64,000 nt of DNA, taken from assembly GCA_951406725.2 (NCBI GenBank), contig OX597827.1:2914001-2978000 (forward strand). The letters run 5' to 3'. A program made the translations under genes and the position numbers. The notes beneath the pieces were generated by a model. That model did not search any database, was not told the DNA's origin, and was given only the letters and a program-made list of their open reading frames with translations. Shown here piece by piece: positions 11,641 through 26,742 of the stretch; the first letter of the stretch is position 1; each line of letters begins with the position of its first letter. This DNA comes from Octopus vulgaris (taxonomy: Eukaryota).

Positions 11641-12239
11641 TAAAGGCACCGTTTAGTTATTTTCTGTGCTGTTTGATACAAAACAAATAATCCAAAGACA
11701 TTTCATTTCAAAAGCATCAGAGTTTTTCTTTCTTTTTACCTCATCGATATTTACATCTTTTGCAAATCTATTTATTTCTGAAAGCAATATGCACATGAAT
11801 ACATACATATATATATGTTCAGTGGGACCGAATCAGGAACTACATGGTTATGAGGTAAGCCACGTACCCATGCTTAGTACTTTGTGTCAGATGAAATGCT
11901 GGTAAGCATTTTGCCCAGCACACTAATCATATATTGAATTGGGATCCCTGTTATGAGGCTGATGATATAAAATAAAACTGTTGAACACTTATAAGATGCA
12001 AGTTTGTAGATTCTACACACTGAAGCTACTGGATTGTGTGTATAAACAATCTGGCTACTTTTTTCTCTGGAATTGGCCAATTGATGCAGAGACCTGGTGA
12101 GATACCAATAAGGTTTAAAAATCAAATAAGGTTTTTATTATTTTTCCAATCTATACAGAAATGATCAAATTTGCCATGCTATTATGTCAACTACATAGGT
12201 TTACATATGTGCGTGTGTATGTATGTATATATCACTTTG

Positions 12240-12766
12240 ACCGACCAGTCCGTCGGGCGTCCATTTGTCACAGCATGCTGTCCACTCCTCTCTGGATCGG
12301 GCCTTCCTCATCCATGTGATCCCAATCGCCCTCCTGAAATCATAACTCCACCATCGCGGAGGCCTTCTGAGTGGTTGCTTCCACTCGCATGGGTACCACT
12401 CAACAACTGTGCAGGTCCACCAATTATCGGTGAGCCGGGCGACGTGTCCAGCCGATCTAAACTTGCTGCGTGTATACTCTACGATGACATCCTTCTGATG
12501 ACCTCATTACTGATCTGCTCTCTCAATGAGATTCCAAGCATTGACTTCTCCACGGCTCTTTGAGCCGTTACCAATCTCTGTTCTTCTCCCTTTCTTGTAG
12601 CCCATGTTTCACAACCATATAACATTGCAGGTAGAACAGTGCTATTGATAAGGTTGGCACGGGTGGTCCTGTCCAACCTTCCCTTGAGCACATCCCTTAT
12701 GCCATCAAACGCCTTTGATCTGGCCCTTACTCTCCGTGAGATCTCCTTTTCGATATCGCGGCACAT
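12240..12766 (-). mobile_element. RTE-clade LINE, 5'-truncated
   Basis: EKEISRRVRARSKAF...LINSTVLPAMLYGCETWATRKGEEQRLVTAQRAVEKSMLGISLREQISNEVIR. CpG-rich and flanked by TA/TG microsatellite. Confidence 0.9.
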
Positions 12767-12789
12767 GTATGTATATATATGTATATATA

Positions 12790-13040
12790 TAAAATTGAAT
12801 AAGGGTAGAAATTGATATTAATCAATTAAAACCAGTGGCCTAGCATATTTAAAAAAATCCGAAGATTAAAATATTTTTACATACAAAATTTAAAGGACTG
12901 ACCACTATTTTGCTTATTTTTTACGCTTTGGTTTGTGCTGAGTTTTTATTTGAGAACACATTCTTCGTGGTAAATAGAGATTTTGACATCTATATCTAGC
13001 ATGTTGACCGTCCACTTTTAGTGGTCAGTCCTTTAAATTT

Positions 13041-13071
<31 letters not shown>

Positions 13072-13200
13072 CCTGAAGGAGACAGGCTCTGCTAGAGGCC
13101 GGCAAAACTTGAAGTAGCACAGCAACCTAATCAAATAATACATAGAACTCCTACTAAATGTATTGAGTGCCTTTTTCTTTCATTTGTCCACATTCGTGTG
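12790..13200. mobile_element. PLE-LTR-like fragments with 27-bp inverted arms and a degenerate hammerhead
   Basis: Arms 12881-12907 and 13019-13045. CTGAAGG...AAAACTTGAAGTA at 13073-13116. 12790-12850 resembles 8978-9050. Confidence 0.5.
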
Positions 13201-13739
13201 TGTGTATGTGTGATATTCATTTCTTTCTAACTTACCATAGTTTCGAATGGTGTTATCTTAGGCAGGATTTCATGGTCAGATGCCCTTCTGTTGCCAACCT
13301 TTAACTGCTTTTCATAGGGTCCACAGTTTTTAGAAATGATAGAGCAACTGGTTGTAATATCAACAAAGCATATGAACATCAAAGTGGTAAAATGGTGGGG
13401 ATAAACACAATTCTTTTCCAACAGGATTGCCATAGACCAATATTTGTTCTATAGCAATGTACTATAGTAATGTACTATAGCAATACTCTATAGCAATGTA
13501 TTATAGTATACTGCACCATAATATACCAAGTTATACCATTGCAAACTGATGCATGTACTGCTTTTCTCAACATTTAGGTACCAGTCAAATCATCTGAACA
13601 ATTCAGCAAAATGCATATAAAAATTGCATAACAATTAATTTATGGAGAATATATTTAAAAGACTACAACAATACATATAATAAAGATCATATCATTTGCA
13701 TGGAATATTCAAGAATGAGGTAAATTAAGAAAAGAAAAA

Positions 13740-13790
13740 AATAAATTAGCAAAGACAGTTTTTTAGTTGTTCTGAAAAACATTTTTATTA
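13740..13790 (-). terminator. Candidate polyadenylation signal (AATAAA with downstream U/GU-rich tract)
   Basis: Plus-strand TTTATT near 13784-13789. On the minus strand it is followed by CTGTCTTTGCTAATTTATTTTTTTCTTTTCTT. Confidence 0.3.
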
Positions 13791-14300
13791 ATAAAGAATA
13801 AATGCTAGAGGAAATGAAGTTCTTTGAGAGGGCGAAGTGGAAGGGCAGGGGTTAAGACATCACTTGTCTTTGAACAGTGAGATTTGGCTAAGGTTCAATA
13901 TCAGGTTGTATACAGGATAGAGTCTTGCATCCTTTGTTTTTTGTATTTTTAGGGGATGTTTTTTAATGTGTTTTTTTTCAATATTTTTACACTTTTCTTT
14001 CTTTCATCTGTGAACCCGTGAAATTCAAAAACTTTCTTAAGGGTTTTTTTTACTTTATATTTTTCTTCTTCTTATTTAAGGAATGTTTCATGTTGCAAAG
14101 TTAAAAAAATAAATAAATAGCTAAATAAATAAAAGAAAAACAGAAAAAAAATGAACAATATAAAACATTATAAGTATAATAAAAATCTTTTGATTTTTGT
14201 TTTCATAAAACGTCAAAAGAAATATAGAAAAAAATTAAAAAACCTTGGGCAGGAATGATGGTTGTCTAGGCAATGGGCCTATATATACATACATACATAC

Positions 14301-14336
<36 letters not shown>

Positions 14337-14782
14337 GCATACATACATACATATACACATATATATGAAAAATAATTGTCGTTAGTAATGGCTATGTTCA
14401 GGTAATTTGAAAAAACCTTTCAAAAAAAAAATCAAGCCAACATGAAGACCAAAGAGATAAAAAGAAAAGATATTGGAGGAAAAGATGTGAAGCAAAATTC
14501 TAAATTGTATATCAAAACTTGCTTTAACAAAACACTTTCTGCAAACAAGCATCTGCATAAAAACTCAGCCGTACAAACATATACATACACCATATCAATA
14601 TATACATATATGCATTTGTACACATATATCGTTATCTTACTTAATATATATCAATGCACACACCATTTTATACTATAGGGATGTATATAGTCATATATAC
14701 ATATATACACACACATTATGTAGATATACATATACATATTACATATGCTTATATATATATACGCACACACATATATGCATAC

Positions 14783-14833
<51 letters not shown>

Positions 14834-15710
14834 AGGTCATATGTTCTTGTGTGATTTTACATCCCAATACATGTATTGTCTACAAATTATTTTTCTCAAA
14901 TAATTATTTTTATAAATATTTTAACCAAAGATAATTTCAGTAAGATAATTATACTGTTCAAAAAAAATTTTTTTGTGTAAAAAAATTTTTTTACTACACT
15001 TTTACTGAGCAACCAACCAGAAAGCATTACAACAAGTTTTGTTCACAAGTGACACTTTTCGGATTTAGTTAAAAAAAAAAAAGGAAAAAGGCAGGGAAAA
15101 AATGTAAAAAAAAATTATCTTTTCCTTTAACCTAGAGTTAAAGGCTTAAATATTTTTTTATTTATATTTGCAGTGAATGAAGCAGAATCCATGTCACGTT
15201 CTTTCAAGCTATTGCGAAACAAAATTAAAATAAAACAAGGATAAAATAGGAATTCAAAAAACAAATGATTCAGCACTATTATTATTATTATTATTGTCAT
15301 ATCTAATCGACAATCTAATTCTATAATTGGTCTAGGGTACGACAAGCAAAATTGCAACCATTTGTGGAGTTCACTATGATTATTAATGAGATCATTCTTT
15401 ACTATCCTTTTTCTGTTTCTCCAACTCTCCAGATGACCCACCGAGAAAAGCATAGCACCTGTAAGACTTGTTAAATAAATCATTAACTCTAATGTCAAAT
15501 AATAATAATCCTTAAGGCAGTTTGACAATGTAACATTCTAGTAACATCTTTGACATTGCTAATAAGCGTGTAAGTACTTGGCAAATTGAATTTTCCAGTT
15601 GTGCCTCACACATAACTGGATTATCTGCTGCATGGGGAAACATCTGGTCCTTCACATTAATTCACCTTAACTCCACACATCACTGCGGAGAGAGAAGATG
15701 CTCGTGTAAC

Positions 15711-15778
15711 TTAGCTTGGCTTAGCAAAGGCTGTTCCCAAAATGACATTCAGTGAAACAACTTCACTGTCCTCCAAGA
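15711..15778 (-). CDS. Candidate alternative last exon (xLEDSEVVSLNVILGTAFAKPS*)
   Basis: CATCTTTCAG acceptor at the edge of a high-complexity block, phase-1 frame open for 22 codons, followed by about 2 kb of UTR-like sequence and a poly(A) signal near 13785. Could simply be UTR. Confidence 0.2.
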
Positions 15779-16423
15779 CTGAAAGATGCCTATTCAATAT
15801 AATTAAAGAACGGTATTTAAATAAATAAATAAATAAATAAAATTCAATTGGAATTTTAAAAATCACAAAAAGAGTAAAAATAGAAACTAAAGATAATGAA
15901 AATATTCCATTTTGAGTTCATTAAGAACAATGCATTTTAAGATAACAAAGAAGCAATTGTAGGGTAATATACATATGTATATATATATATATTATACACA
16001 CACATGCATACAAATAGCTGTACATGTATGTGTATATACACATGCATGCTCTGAATCAGATGCAGCCCTACATATCATCAAGGTCCAGAAATAATTCCAA
16101 TTCCCAGTGCAACATTTTAATTGCCTTGGAATTAAATAATGGCCTTTTTTTCTAATTGTTGATTAAACATATATTGTTAAAACAAAATAAGGAAGAAAAG
16201 CAATATTAAAAAGTAAAAATTGTAAAACAAAAAAAAACACTTATAAAATGGAAAAAAACAAAAACTAAGATAAAATCTTTGATTAAATTCACTATATAAA
16301 TGGAATGTGTATACATACATATATACAAATATATATATATATACACACACATACAATGTAGATACATATATGTGCTTGTATACATAGGTTGATTATATAT
16401 GTGCATGTGTAAATATGTGTGTA

Positions 16424-16459
<36 letters not shown>

Positions 16460-17881
16460 GTTCACACATGCACCTGCATTTATAAAGAACTATATGTATA
16501 TTGTATGTGTATACTTAAACAATATTTTTAAAAATCAGATTATTTTCGGTAAACTTAAAATTCCTTCTATTACTCTTTTCTTTTTAAGAGGAAATTAAAA
16601 TAATTATTACTAAGAAATTGCTTCAATTCTCAACCTGATTCCACAATAATTTTTATCCTCATTTCCTATTTTATTTTAGTAATTTACAATGTTGAAGTGG
16701 AGGAATGGAGGAGTGGTTCCAAAAAAAAAAGGTATGTTTTTTTAATCGGCTAAAAATATGAGACAGAGGGAGAAAGATAGAGAGTAAGGGAGCATGAGAG
16801 AATGTAATAATTGGAGTTATGGGCTGGGGTTGGAGATTGGAATTGAATTAAGCACCAGCAGAACTTTAGAAGCCACTTAGAATAAATATGTGTACACATA
16901 TTTTAAGAGAATGTGTGTATGTATGTGATTTTTTTTCAGTGATTCAGATTATAACAAAGATGATAAAAGAAACACGTCTTTAAAGAAATTCAATATTTGT
17001 TGGGTTAAAAATTTTTTTTTTAATTTCATCTCTCATTGTAATCTTGAAATTTTTTAAATAATTTTTCTTCTTTATCATCAGTTCAGTTCTTCAAAATTTT
17101 TAGTGTTTTTAGTCATTTGTGATTTAGTTTTTTTTTTTTTGTGTGAATGTTGTTCATTTGATTATCTTTCTTTTTTTTCCAATTATTATAAAGAATTTCT
17201 TTTTAGTATGTTATTGGTGTATAATCACCGAGTTAATTATCATGCTTCAAAAAAAAAAAAGGAAAAAATACTCAAAAATTTATTTATATAATTGAAAATG
17301 GTTGTTCTGGAGGTACCAAAATGGTTTTATTGTTGCTATAATTTTTATTGATATTGTTGTTCTTATTAAAATCAATTTTCTTTCTTTATTTATTTTTTCA
17401 TATTTATGTTCTCCATATGAAGCAATGACCATGTCTTCAAAAAAAAATGTAATAAATAAAATACAAGGGAATAGTTCGCAGCTATGCAGCTGACTTTCAT
17501 ATGAAAGTTTACTGACAGACAAACAGACATAAATTTTGTCAGTCAAAATCTGTATTGGTTCCATGTAACATTCAGTTTCCAACATGAGAAATATGTGATA
17601 TGATTTTGTTATTTCATACATAAATATGGTCAACTATTAAGAAAAACGAAACTTGTTTCCTGTTGCACATCATCGATACTATTTATTGTATCTGTCTATT
17701 ATGCTATTGTTACTGACATCATAATTATCGTTATACAAATTAACACATTATGATACATGATATAGGAATAATGTTGGATAACAATTTTTTTTTTAATATG
17801 ATGTAAATATATGAAGTCATAGCTTAGGACAAAAAAAATAAAATGGAAAATATTGTAATATATATATATATATATATATAA

Positions 17882-17913
<32 letters not shown>

Positions 17914-18134
17914 ATATGCACATATACACACATGGTATTGAGGTGATATGAAAATGATATGAGTAAGATATGATACATCAGATCTTGCGTTATAAAAATT
18001 TAAACTTCTTGAGCAATGAGAAAATTTTGAGAAGGTCACAAATACAGAAATGCGTGAATACTTGAATGAGATGGAAAAACAATCACTCAAAAGGTGGAGC
18101 CTCTACCTTTTACAAAATAAATTATATAAATATA

Positions 18135-18183
<49 letters not shown>

Positions 18184-21100
18184 ATATATATTATGCATAT
18201 ATACATATAATACACGCATACATATCATCTGTGTGTATAAATATTATATATATAAATATACATATATATCATATATATATATGTGTATAAATATTATATA
18301 TATAAATATACATATATATCATATATATATATGTGTATAAATATTATATATGTGTATAAATATTATATATATGTATAAATATATATACATATATATATGT
18401 ATAAATATTATATATACATATATATATATGTATAAATATTATATATATATTTATATATATTTACATCAATATTATATCTATATCGATAATATATGTACAT
18501 TTTTATACACACATACACACACACATATGTGTATGTGTGAAGAATAAAACTTAAATTTTGCAATACTTATAAAAGAAACACTCAAAAATAAATTCAAAAC
18601 CAATTAAACAAAAGTCTGAATGCCAGCATTCAGAAAGAAAACCAGAGGTACACACATACACACACACACACACTTTCACATGCACAAAACATGAGTAATT
18701 TTCACTAGAAGTGTACATGCTTAATATTCTTTTTTATAAAGAACAAAATTCAAACCTCACAATAAACTATCATGTAATACAAGCAGTCATCTTTAGTTTG
18801 CATATGTGTGGCAGAGAACATGAAGTGTGTTACAAATTTTAGAGTTGCTACAACATTTTTATCCATTCCACATTATCTGCACTTCACTATATGTATACAG
18901 TATACCATAGTAGACTTTACACACAGTAACTAGTAATACACACGATATATATATATATACATATATATATATATTCTCTAAAACAATGGTCAAGATTTTA
19001 CCTTATTTTAAAACTCATACTTTTTCAGTAGCTAATGTTACAATGCCACAGGTATACAAGAATTACAGAGCATGATCAGTGTTACAAATGTTGATTAGAT
19101 AAGATAGTAACATGAATAAAAAGGACCACTGACAAAAAAATTGGAATGATCATCATTATAAACATTATTATTATTATTATTATCATTATTATTATTAATT
19201 CTAGCACCTCTATTAATAACATTACTACTACACCGTACTTATGATGCTACCAGCACTATTAACACTGGATTCTTTGAGTGAGTGCAGGAAAGGTCCTATA
19301 ATTTATTTAGAGTGATTTTATGTAGAAATGGGATGTTATGTTTTTATACCTAAGTACCCTTTCCATAAGAGTGTATAAATGCAGGGAAGTGAAATGTCTT
19401 CAATAAGTAATCAAAGCTAAATAATGAATATATATATATATATATCATACTTAATGTATACACATGTTGATAGGCAAGTCACTGCTGTATTTGTTCTGAA
19501 ATAACATTTCCTATGGAAATATACAATACTACACATCTTTCACTGTTCTCACTTGATATTATCGTATTTTCTTTGTATATTTCCCATTTTGCAGCAAAGC
19601 TGATTTAAATAGGATGCTACTATAAAGACTGTAAAATATAAATTGGTCTTCAGCATTTTTCTAAATGAGTGTTACACATATTTAGTCAGAGGAACAGTTT
19701 ACACATTGAATTAGGTACTGATACAAGAGTACTCTATGGTTACGAGTATACCCCTTAAATATTCTCAGGGAGTATTAGTGTGCCAGCAAATGACAAGCCT
19801 GTTCTTTGGCATTCAACACTGGGGTCAATTGCTGGCGTTGAGCCAAAATTTGAAACCATTATATGTAAAATACCATTGATTGGTTTCCTAATAGTTTTCA
19901 TCTATTCTGTTTTGCTTACAAGATTCAGGTTGACTTGAGCTTATGCTAGAAGGTACTTGCTTAAGAAACCATGCATTGGGATCAGCTATGGCAGCTCAGG
20001 CTTATAAAAGAAATTTAGCCATTTAGCAGTGTTTGTCCTTGTGATGTAGGAAATATATCACTAATAAAACATCTATTTACATTTTGTTCATATAATGTGT
20101 GTGTGTGTGTTTACCTTGATTAGGACTTACCTCTTTAACTCTTTTGGGAGCAATCTCTTCCAGACTACCTCTAATTGTACATCACTAAGTTTTGCATTTT
20201 AAAATTTATCAATTCATATTTGAACTTTCAATCATAATTTTATCTAAGAACTCTTTTGAGATTTTCCAAAGGAAAAGTTAGTCATTTTACTAAGTCCCTT
20301 TAAATTCTTTAATATCAAGATTAATTTACTTGAAACTACACAGGAGTTTCTTATGATGTTGAAAGGGTTAAGCAAATACACACTATATACAGGGCTGGAA
20401 TCAAAGAGAAAAAACAAAAGCCTCAACCAATAAGATGCAATACTAATTTTTTCTTCCGGTTTACAGTCTACTCATTCCTTTCCGTTACTTTATAATAAAA
20501 GTTAGCAGTTACTTTAAGGTAATATTTTAAAGTGGTAAAATATAAACACAAATGCACGCACACACAAAACACCTTATTTCCTTGAAATACCCAGTCTTTT
20601 ATTTAATAAATCCAGTATCCAAATGAAAGATAGTCACCCTAACCTATATCTTTTACTGCAGAAATTGTGAAAAGCCAGTCAATTTATAGTTGCAGAAACC
20701 CACTAACAAACTATGAATTACACCAGTATTGAACACCATGTAGTTTCAGTATGTTCATAATGTGGCATCTTTACAGAAGAATACTCTATTATATTATATC
20801 CAGTTTGCTCATTTAGAATTAATCAAAATAGCTAGTTTACTATCTCTTTTTCATTTTCTCCAAAGATTTGCTTCTTTTCTGATTATTTTGAGGTTTTGTA
20901 GATATTTAAGTCAGTAGCACTCAAATTGGAAAGTGTCAGAATGGAATGGAATACAATTATCTGAGTTAGGAAGGTCATTGAAGTAGGAGCTAGATTTCAG
21001 TTAGCTTGACTGCAATGGGTGTGTAACATTGCATATCTCAACAGTACAATAATGAAAAAGTACTCTAATGTAAAGTAATATACTGTATCTTACTGGTAAT

Positions 21101-21749
21101 TAGTCATCTAATCTATATCTTCATATTTTGGAAATTGTAATGAATGAGTGTTAGGTAGTATATATATATATATCTGTAATAATAAAAGCAAAATTGTCTG
21201 TCCATCTGGGACCCCTATATTTCAGTCTACATTTGTTCTACATAGACATATATCTTTTTGGAATCAGGATGATCCTGAGATTGAAAATCTGCCCTTCATT
21301 TGGTTCTTGAACATCCAGCATCGGGATCTGATTTAAAAGCATTTGAGTTGCTATTTCTAGTATCTTGGTTGGCATTTGTCAGATGACATCAAAGATCAAG
21401 GGGGAGATAAATGACATTCACTTCATTAATTTAACGTTGAGATAAGAACTTTGGGACAAATAGGCCAACAGTTGGAATTCAACTTGAGAATGGAACAATA
21501 GAATGATTGCATTACAGAATTAATTCTCATCCATCCTTAACCCCTGATCAAACATCACCAGGGCATATAGTCATTATAGGCGTATTATAGTCGTATTAGC
21601 TCTTGGCCCAATTAGCCCTCTGCAAAAGCAAGCTTTTAAGCTAGTATATATAAATATATATACAATCAGCTTTAGAGAATATAATTACATAGTCTTATCC
21701 TACAACAAGGTGATGGTGTTTGAAGGAAGTGTACAGTTACACACTTCCA

Positions 21750-21830
21750 GTTTTTTCCTCTGATGAAGCTTAGCAAATATGCATTTTCAGAAGCACTATA
21801 GCCATGTTGTATGAAGATGAATAAATCTAA
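21750..21830 (+). ncRNA. Degenerate minimal hammerhead-like motif followed by AATAAA
   Basis: CTGATGA-A-GC-TTA-GC-AAATATGCAT, with G12 missing. AATAAA at about 21820. Confidence 0.35.
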
Positions 21831-23072
21831 TTATACAATAGTTTATTTTTAACCTGACATTCATCCTTTCTATGGAAGTACTAAGTTTACCAGATTGATA
21901 TCTCTCCCTTTTATATATAAATGTATATATATATTTTTTTTTAATTGATAAAAGGTGGGGTTTTTTTCTAATTTTTTAAATATATATATCATATTGTGTG
22001 AAATTTGATTTAGTATTTCTAAATTGAGTTTTTTGCCTTGTAAGTTTTGGATTTATTCCCTCAAATAATAATTATATATATGAGACAGGGAGAAAGATTT
22101 TAACAAATTCAATCTATTAGTCTAGGCTAATGTAATGAGTTCACAAAGTTTAAATTATTTTGCTTTGAGAAAGAGCAAACTTGCTCTTATAAATTACAAT
22201 TGAAAAACTGCCAATGTATTGACATTTAACTGTAACTAAGCAGTCCATCTTCCTATTTAGCAGGGCTTTTGAAAAGGGGTTTCCTATGGAGCATTGAAGA
22301 TGGGTTTATAGAGAAACAATCAAAATATCTGAGAGGTACTTACCTACTCTATTGCAGACTTTAGGTTTTTGCTTCGACAATTGTCTCAGTGACAATCCAG
22401 CCCTAAACCTGGCATCTATATTAAATGCACTTACTTTACTAACTTATGATACAATATACTATACTATAATATATATGTTGAGAAAATAATAAAATTGATA
22501 ATAATAATGATAATGAAAATGATGGTTATATAAATTATTTGTAAAAAGCTTGGATCCATTGTGTTTTCATTTTAAGGCAGAACATTACAATTTAATTTTT
22601 ATTTTATGATTAATTTTTTTTTTATTAACAAACTTTTCTTTTAACAAAATAGCTGATGTAATTAGGAAGTGAAAAAAAAATATATATATAAGAAAGAATG
22701 AAATGTTAGCTGTGAGCTTTTGAGTAAAATGGTTGTATAATTTGGCGATAACTGTTCTTTGTCAACAAAGATATTTATTTCAATGAATAGAAAAAACACA
22801 CGCATACACACACAAAAAAAAATAATAATCTTTTCATTCCCCACCGGGATCCAACCCACCCACAAATAACTAGGATTCCTATGGATCCCTTACCATATAT
22901 TACATTCAAAATCAAATTTTGTGTCAACATGTATTGATTAATAAGTATGTATTTCATACAGAGAGGTGGGACACCAGTTCAAATGCAAAGAATTCCATGC
23001 AGAAGAGACAATTATGAATGGGAGGAAAACATTTGTGGTTGCATTTTCCAATTTTTCTTTTAACTTTACAAG

Positions 23073-23131
<59 letters not shown>

Positions 23132-25209
23132 ATATACATGCACACACACATACACACACAACTAAAAAATAACAAAAGTCTTCAAAATTTTAATTTTGAC
23201 TTTATGATTTTTCTATTCTTTCCTTTTTGGTTTTTTCCTTTTTTTCTAAATTTTACTCAAATTTATATTGGTTACATTTGTTAAGCACAAAGCCCTATAC
23301 CTTATAAAGGGATTGGGGTTGGGGAAGGGAGATGGGGTTTGTGATGTTCATGCCTCTTCAAAGAGCACTAGTTTGTGTGAGTGGGGATGAGTAGAATGGT
23401 TTCCAACAAGAGGACTCATCTGAAACCAAAGTCACAGATAACATCTCTCATTAGGAACTTCGCTAGCTTTAATTACACAACTTGATCGTCACTTTGTCCC
23501 TCCTCTTTCCCTCCTAGCTAATATATGTGGTGGGTGGAGGGTGTCTTATGTAGACACAAAGCCTTAGGTTTTAAAGGAAATTATGGAAGCAGAACGCAGT
23601 GGAATGTTTATATCTACCTGAAAAGTAATAATGATGTAAAGTTCAGTGGAGGTGGTCACCACAAGCAGAAACATAAACTGGCTCTTAGATTTGATCCAAC
23701 AACAATTATCGTTTTTTAACCAATGGCTTCATGGCAATTTTGCCACTCACCAATACTAGGTTCAATTTGATTAAGCATGAGGGCCCTATATTTTTTAAGG
23801 TATGGGAATATGGGGAAATATGATGAGCATGAATTTTTATGAAAGGTATTTAGCAGCATAAGTGAAGTGAAAATGTAAGTAAAGTGAACTGGCTTCAATA
23901 AGGAATTGAAACTGCGATGAAATCTTGGCTTGCCAAGGAGCTTACCACTTGCTCTTACGATGCATGCCAAAACAAGTCACCAGTAACAAAATATGGAAAG
24001 CTAAGAAAAATTTTGTTGAAATTTTTTAAAAATTAAATCAAGGCAGTGTTTTTTGTATCAATGAAAATTATATGTTTGTTAGTATATATGTACATATATG
24101 TATGTGTGTGTGTGTGAGTTTGTGTGTGTGCATGTATACATATATTTGTATGTGTGTATCATCTTACTGTGCAATAAATGTACCAAACTTGCTTGATAAA
24201 GTTTTCTGAAAAGGTTGTTGTGTGTGTGTGTGTGTGCATGTAGTAGGCGGCTGTAGTGGGGAATATAGAAACTACGATACCTTTGGGCACTAATGGTCCT
24301 GATAATTGGATGGAAGTTATGGAGATTAATGGTAATAAATTGTAACATTTGGTTTAAGAGATCAGATGGAAACAGAAAAACATTGACAGGAGATGGGATT
24401 GTGAAACAAAACATATATGTCAACATGTAATACATAGGGATACACAGACAGACAGCCAGACAGACAGGCATGAGGACGAGAGAGACAGAGAGCTTGAATG
24501 AGTGGTGAAGAGGATATACTAAACCAATTGTAAATTAGCATGTATAAGAGTTTAAAAGAGAGATGGAGGAACAGAGAGAGAGTAAATGTGTGCTTATATG
24601 TGTGCATATTGATATGTGTGTATAAGAAAATGTGTGAAAAATATAAGAATAATAGCATTGGAGAGAAAGACAAAGGCAAGAATACAGTTTGGGAACAAAC
24701 ACAGAATGCGACAGAGTATAATGAGGGGAAAAGCAAGAGAAAAACAAAATATAGAAAATGGGATGATATAAGAAGACAATAAAAAAAGGCAAAAACGAAA
24801 TGAATAGAAACTCAAAATTGTGTTGCAAAAATATCTAAAGTATACTGTAGAAATTTCTTAACGTAAAGTGTATTGCTAAAAAATCAAGTGTCTTACTAAA
24901 ATGTCAAAAGTGTATTGCTAAAAAAACAAAACAAAAGGAAGTGTATTTGCAAAAAGAAAGAAATAAAAAATTCAAAAGTGCACAGCTAAAAGGTTAAGTG
25001 TGTGTTGCTGGAAGATCAAATAGGTATTACTAAAAAGATACAGTATAGTGCTACAAAATAATAATAAGGATGAAAATAATATAACTAAAAAGTGTTTTGT
25101 CAATTTTGAAAAGTATTACAAGACGTTTCAACTGTATGTTTGTAAAAGTCAACAAATTTTGGTGCTAGAATGTCAAAATAAATTGGACAAATGTGTAAAA
25201 GTGTATTTC

Positions 25210-25936
25210 TAAAAAAAAGTCAAAAGTGTGTTGCTAAAATGTCAAAAGTGTGTTGCTAGATTGTCAAAATTCCGTTGCTAAAGATGTCAAAAGTGTGTTG
25301 CTAAAATGTCAAAAGTGTGTTGCTAGATTGTCAAAATTCCGTTGCTAAAGATGTCAAAAGTGTGTTGCTAGATTGTCAAAATTCCGTTGCTAAAATGTCA
25401 AAAGTGTGTTGCTAGATTGTCAAAATTCCGTTGCTAAAGATGTCAAAAGTGTGTTGCTAGATTGTCAAAATTCCGTTGCTAAAATGTCAAAAGTGTGTTG
25501 CTAGATTGTCAAAATTCCGTTGCTAAAGATGTCAAAAGTGTGTTGCTAGATTGTCAAAATTCCGTTGCTAAAATGTCAAAAGTGTGTTGCTAGATTGTCA
25601 AAATTCCGTTGCTAAAGATGTCAAAAGTGTGTTGCTAGATTGTCAAAATTCCGTTGCTAAAATGTCAAAAGTGTGTTGCTAGATTGTCAAAATTCCGTTG
25701 CTAAAGATGTCAAAAGTGTGTTGCTAGATTGTCAAAATTCCGTTGCTAAAATGTCAAAAGTGTGTTGCTAGATTGTCAAAATTCCGTTGCTAAAATGTCA
25801 AAAGTGTGTTGCTAGATTGTCAAAATTCTGTTGCTAAAATGTCAAAAGTGTGTTGCTAGATTGTCAAAATTCCGTTGCTAAAGATGTCAAAAGTGTGTTG
25901 CTAGATTGTCAAAATTCCGTTGCTAAAGATGTCAAA
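25210..25936. repeat. Minisatellite with 22/23-bp monomers, 44/45-bp dimers and an 89-bp higher-order unit
   Basis: GTCAAAAGTGTGTTGCTAGATT alternates with GTCAAAATTCCGTTGCTAAA(G)AT. Degenerate monomers flank it at 24820-25210. Confidence 0.95.
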
Positions 25937-26431
25937 AAATCCGCTGTTAAAAAAAATCAAATGAGCATGCATTGCCAAAATATAAAATGTGCAGTGATAA
26001 ATGTGCAGCAATAAAAAAGTGCATATTTAAAAAAATTAAATGAAATGTGCACTGTTAAAAAAAACCCCAAAAGAAATAGTGCTTGATGAAAAAAATGAGG
26101 CAGAAATTTTACAAAAGAAAAACAACCAAAATAGTAATTTGATAAAAGTTTAAAATGATATGAATGAAAAACTGAGAAGGGAAAAGATAAAACAAAGGAG
26201 ATTGATGAAGAGAATTGCTTGATTTGGAAGAGGGAAACATAAAGAATGAAAAGAACCGCAGTATCTCTCTTCGTCTACACAGATGTGTAGTTGAGAAAAA
26301 TAGAAAATAAGTGTGTGTGTGTGTGTGCATGTGCACAAGGAGAGTGGGGCAAATACATGATAAAAATGAAGAGCAGGTTGGGAAGTGAAAGATAAGCATA
26401 AAATGTGTGTATATATATATATATAATATAT

Positions 26432-26482
<51 letters not shown>

Positions 26483-26699
26483 TAATGAGAGAGAGAGAGA
26501 CAGACAGACAGTGTACATGAAAGGGAGAGAGAGAAACTACAAAACAAGGAAGACAAAAATTGTTATGTGTGTATATGAGAGAAAAACAGAGTATGTCTTG
26601 TGAGTAAAAAAGAAATAGGAGGAATGTCAATGTGTGTTGGTGTTTGTAGTGTAAAAAAGAGAATGAAAGCAGTTTAAATTCACAAAAGAGAAAGCCTTA

Positions 26700-26742
<43 letters not shown>

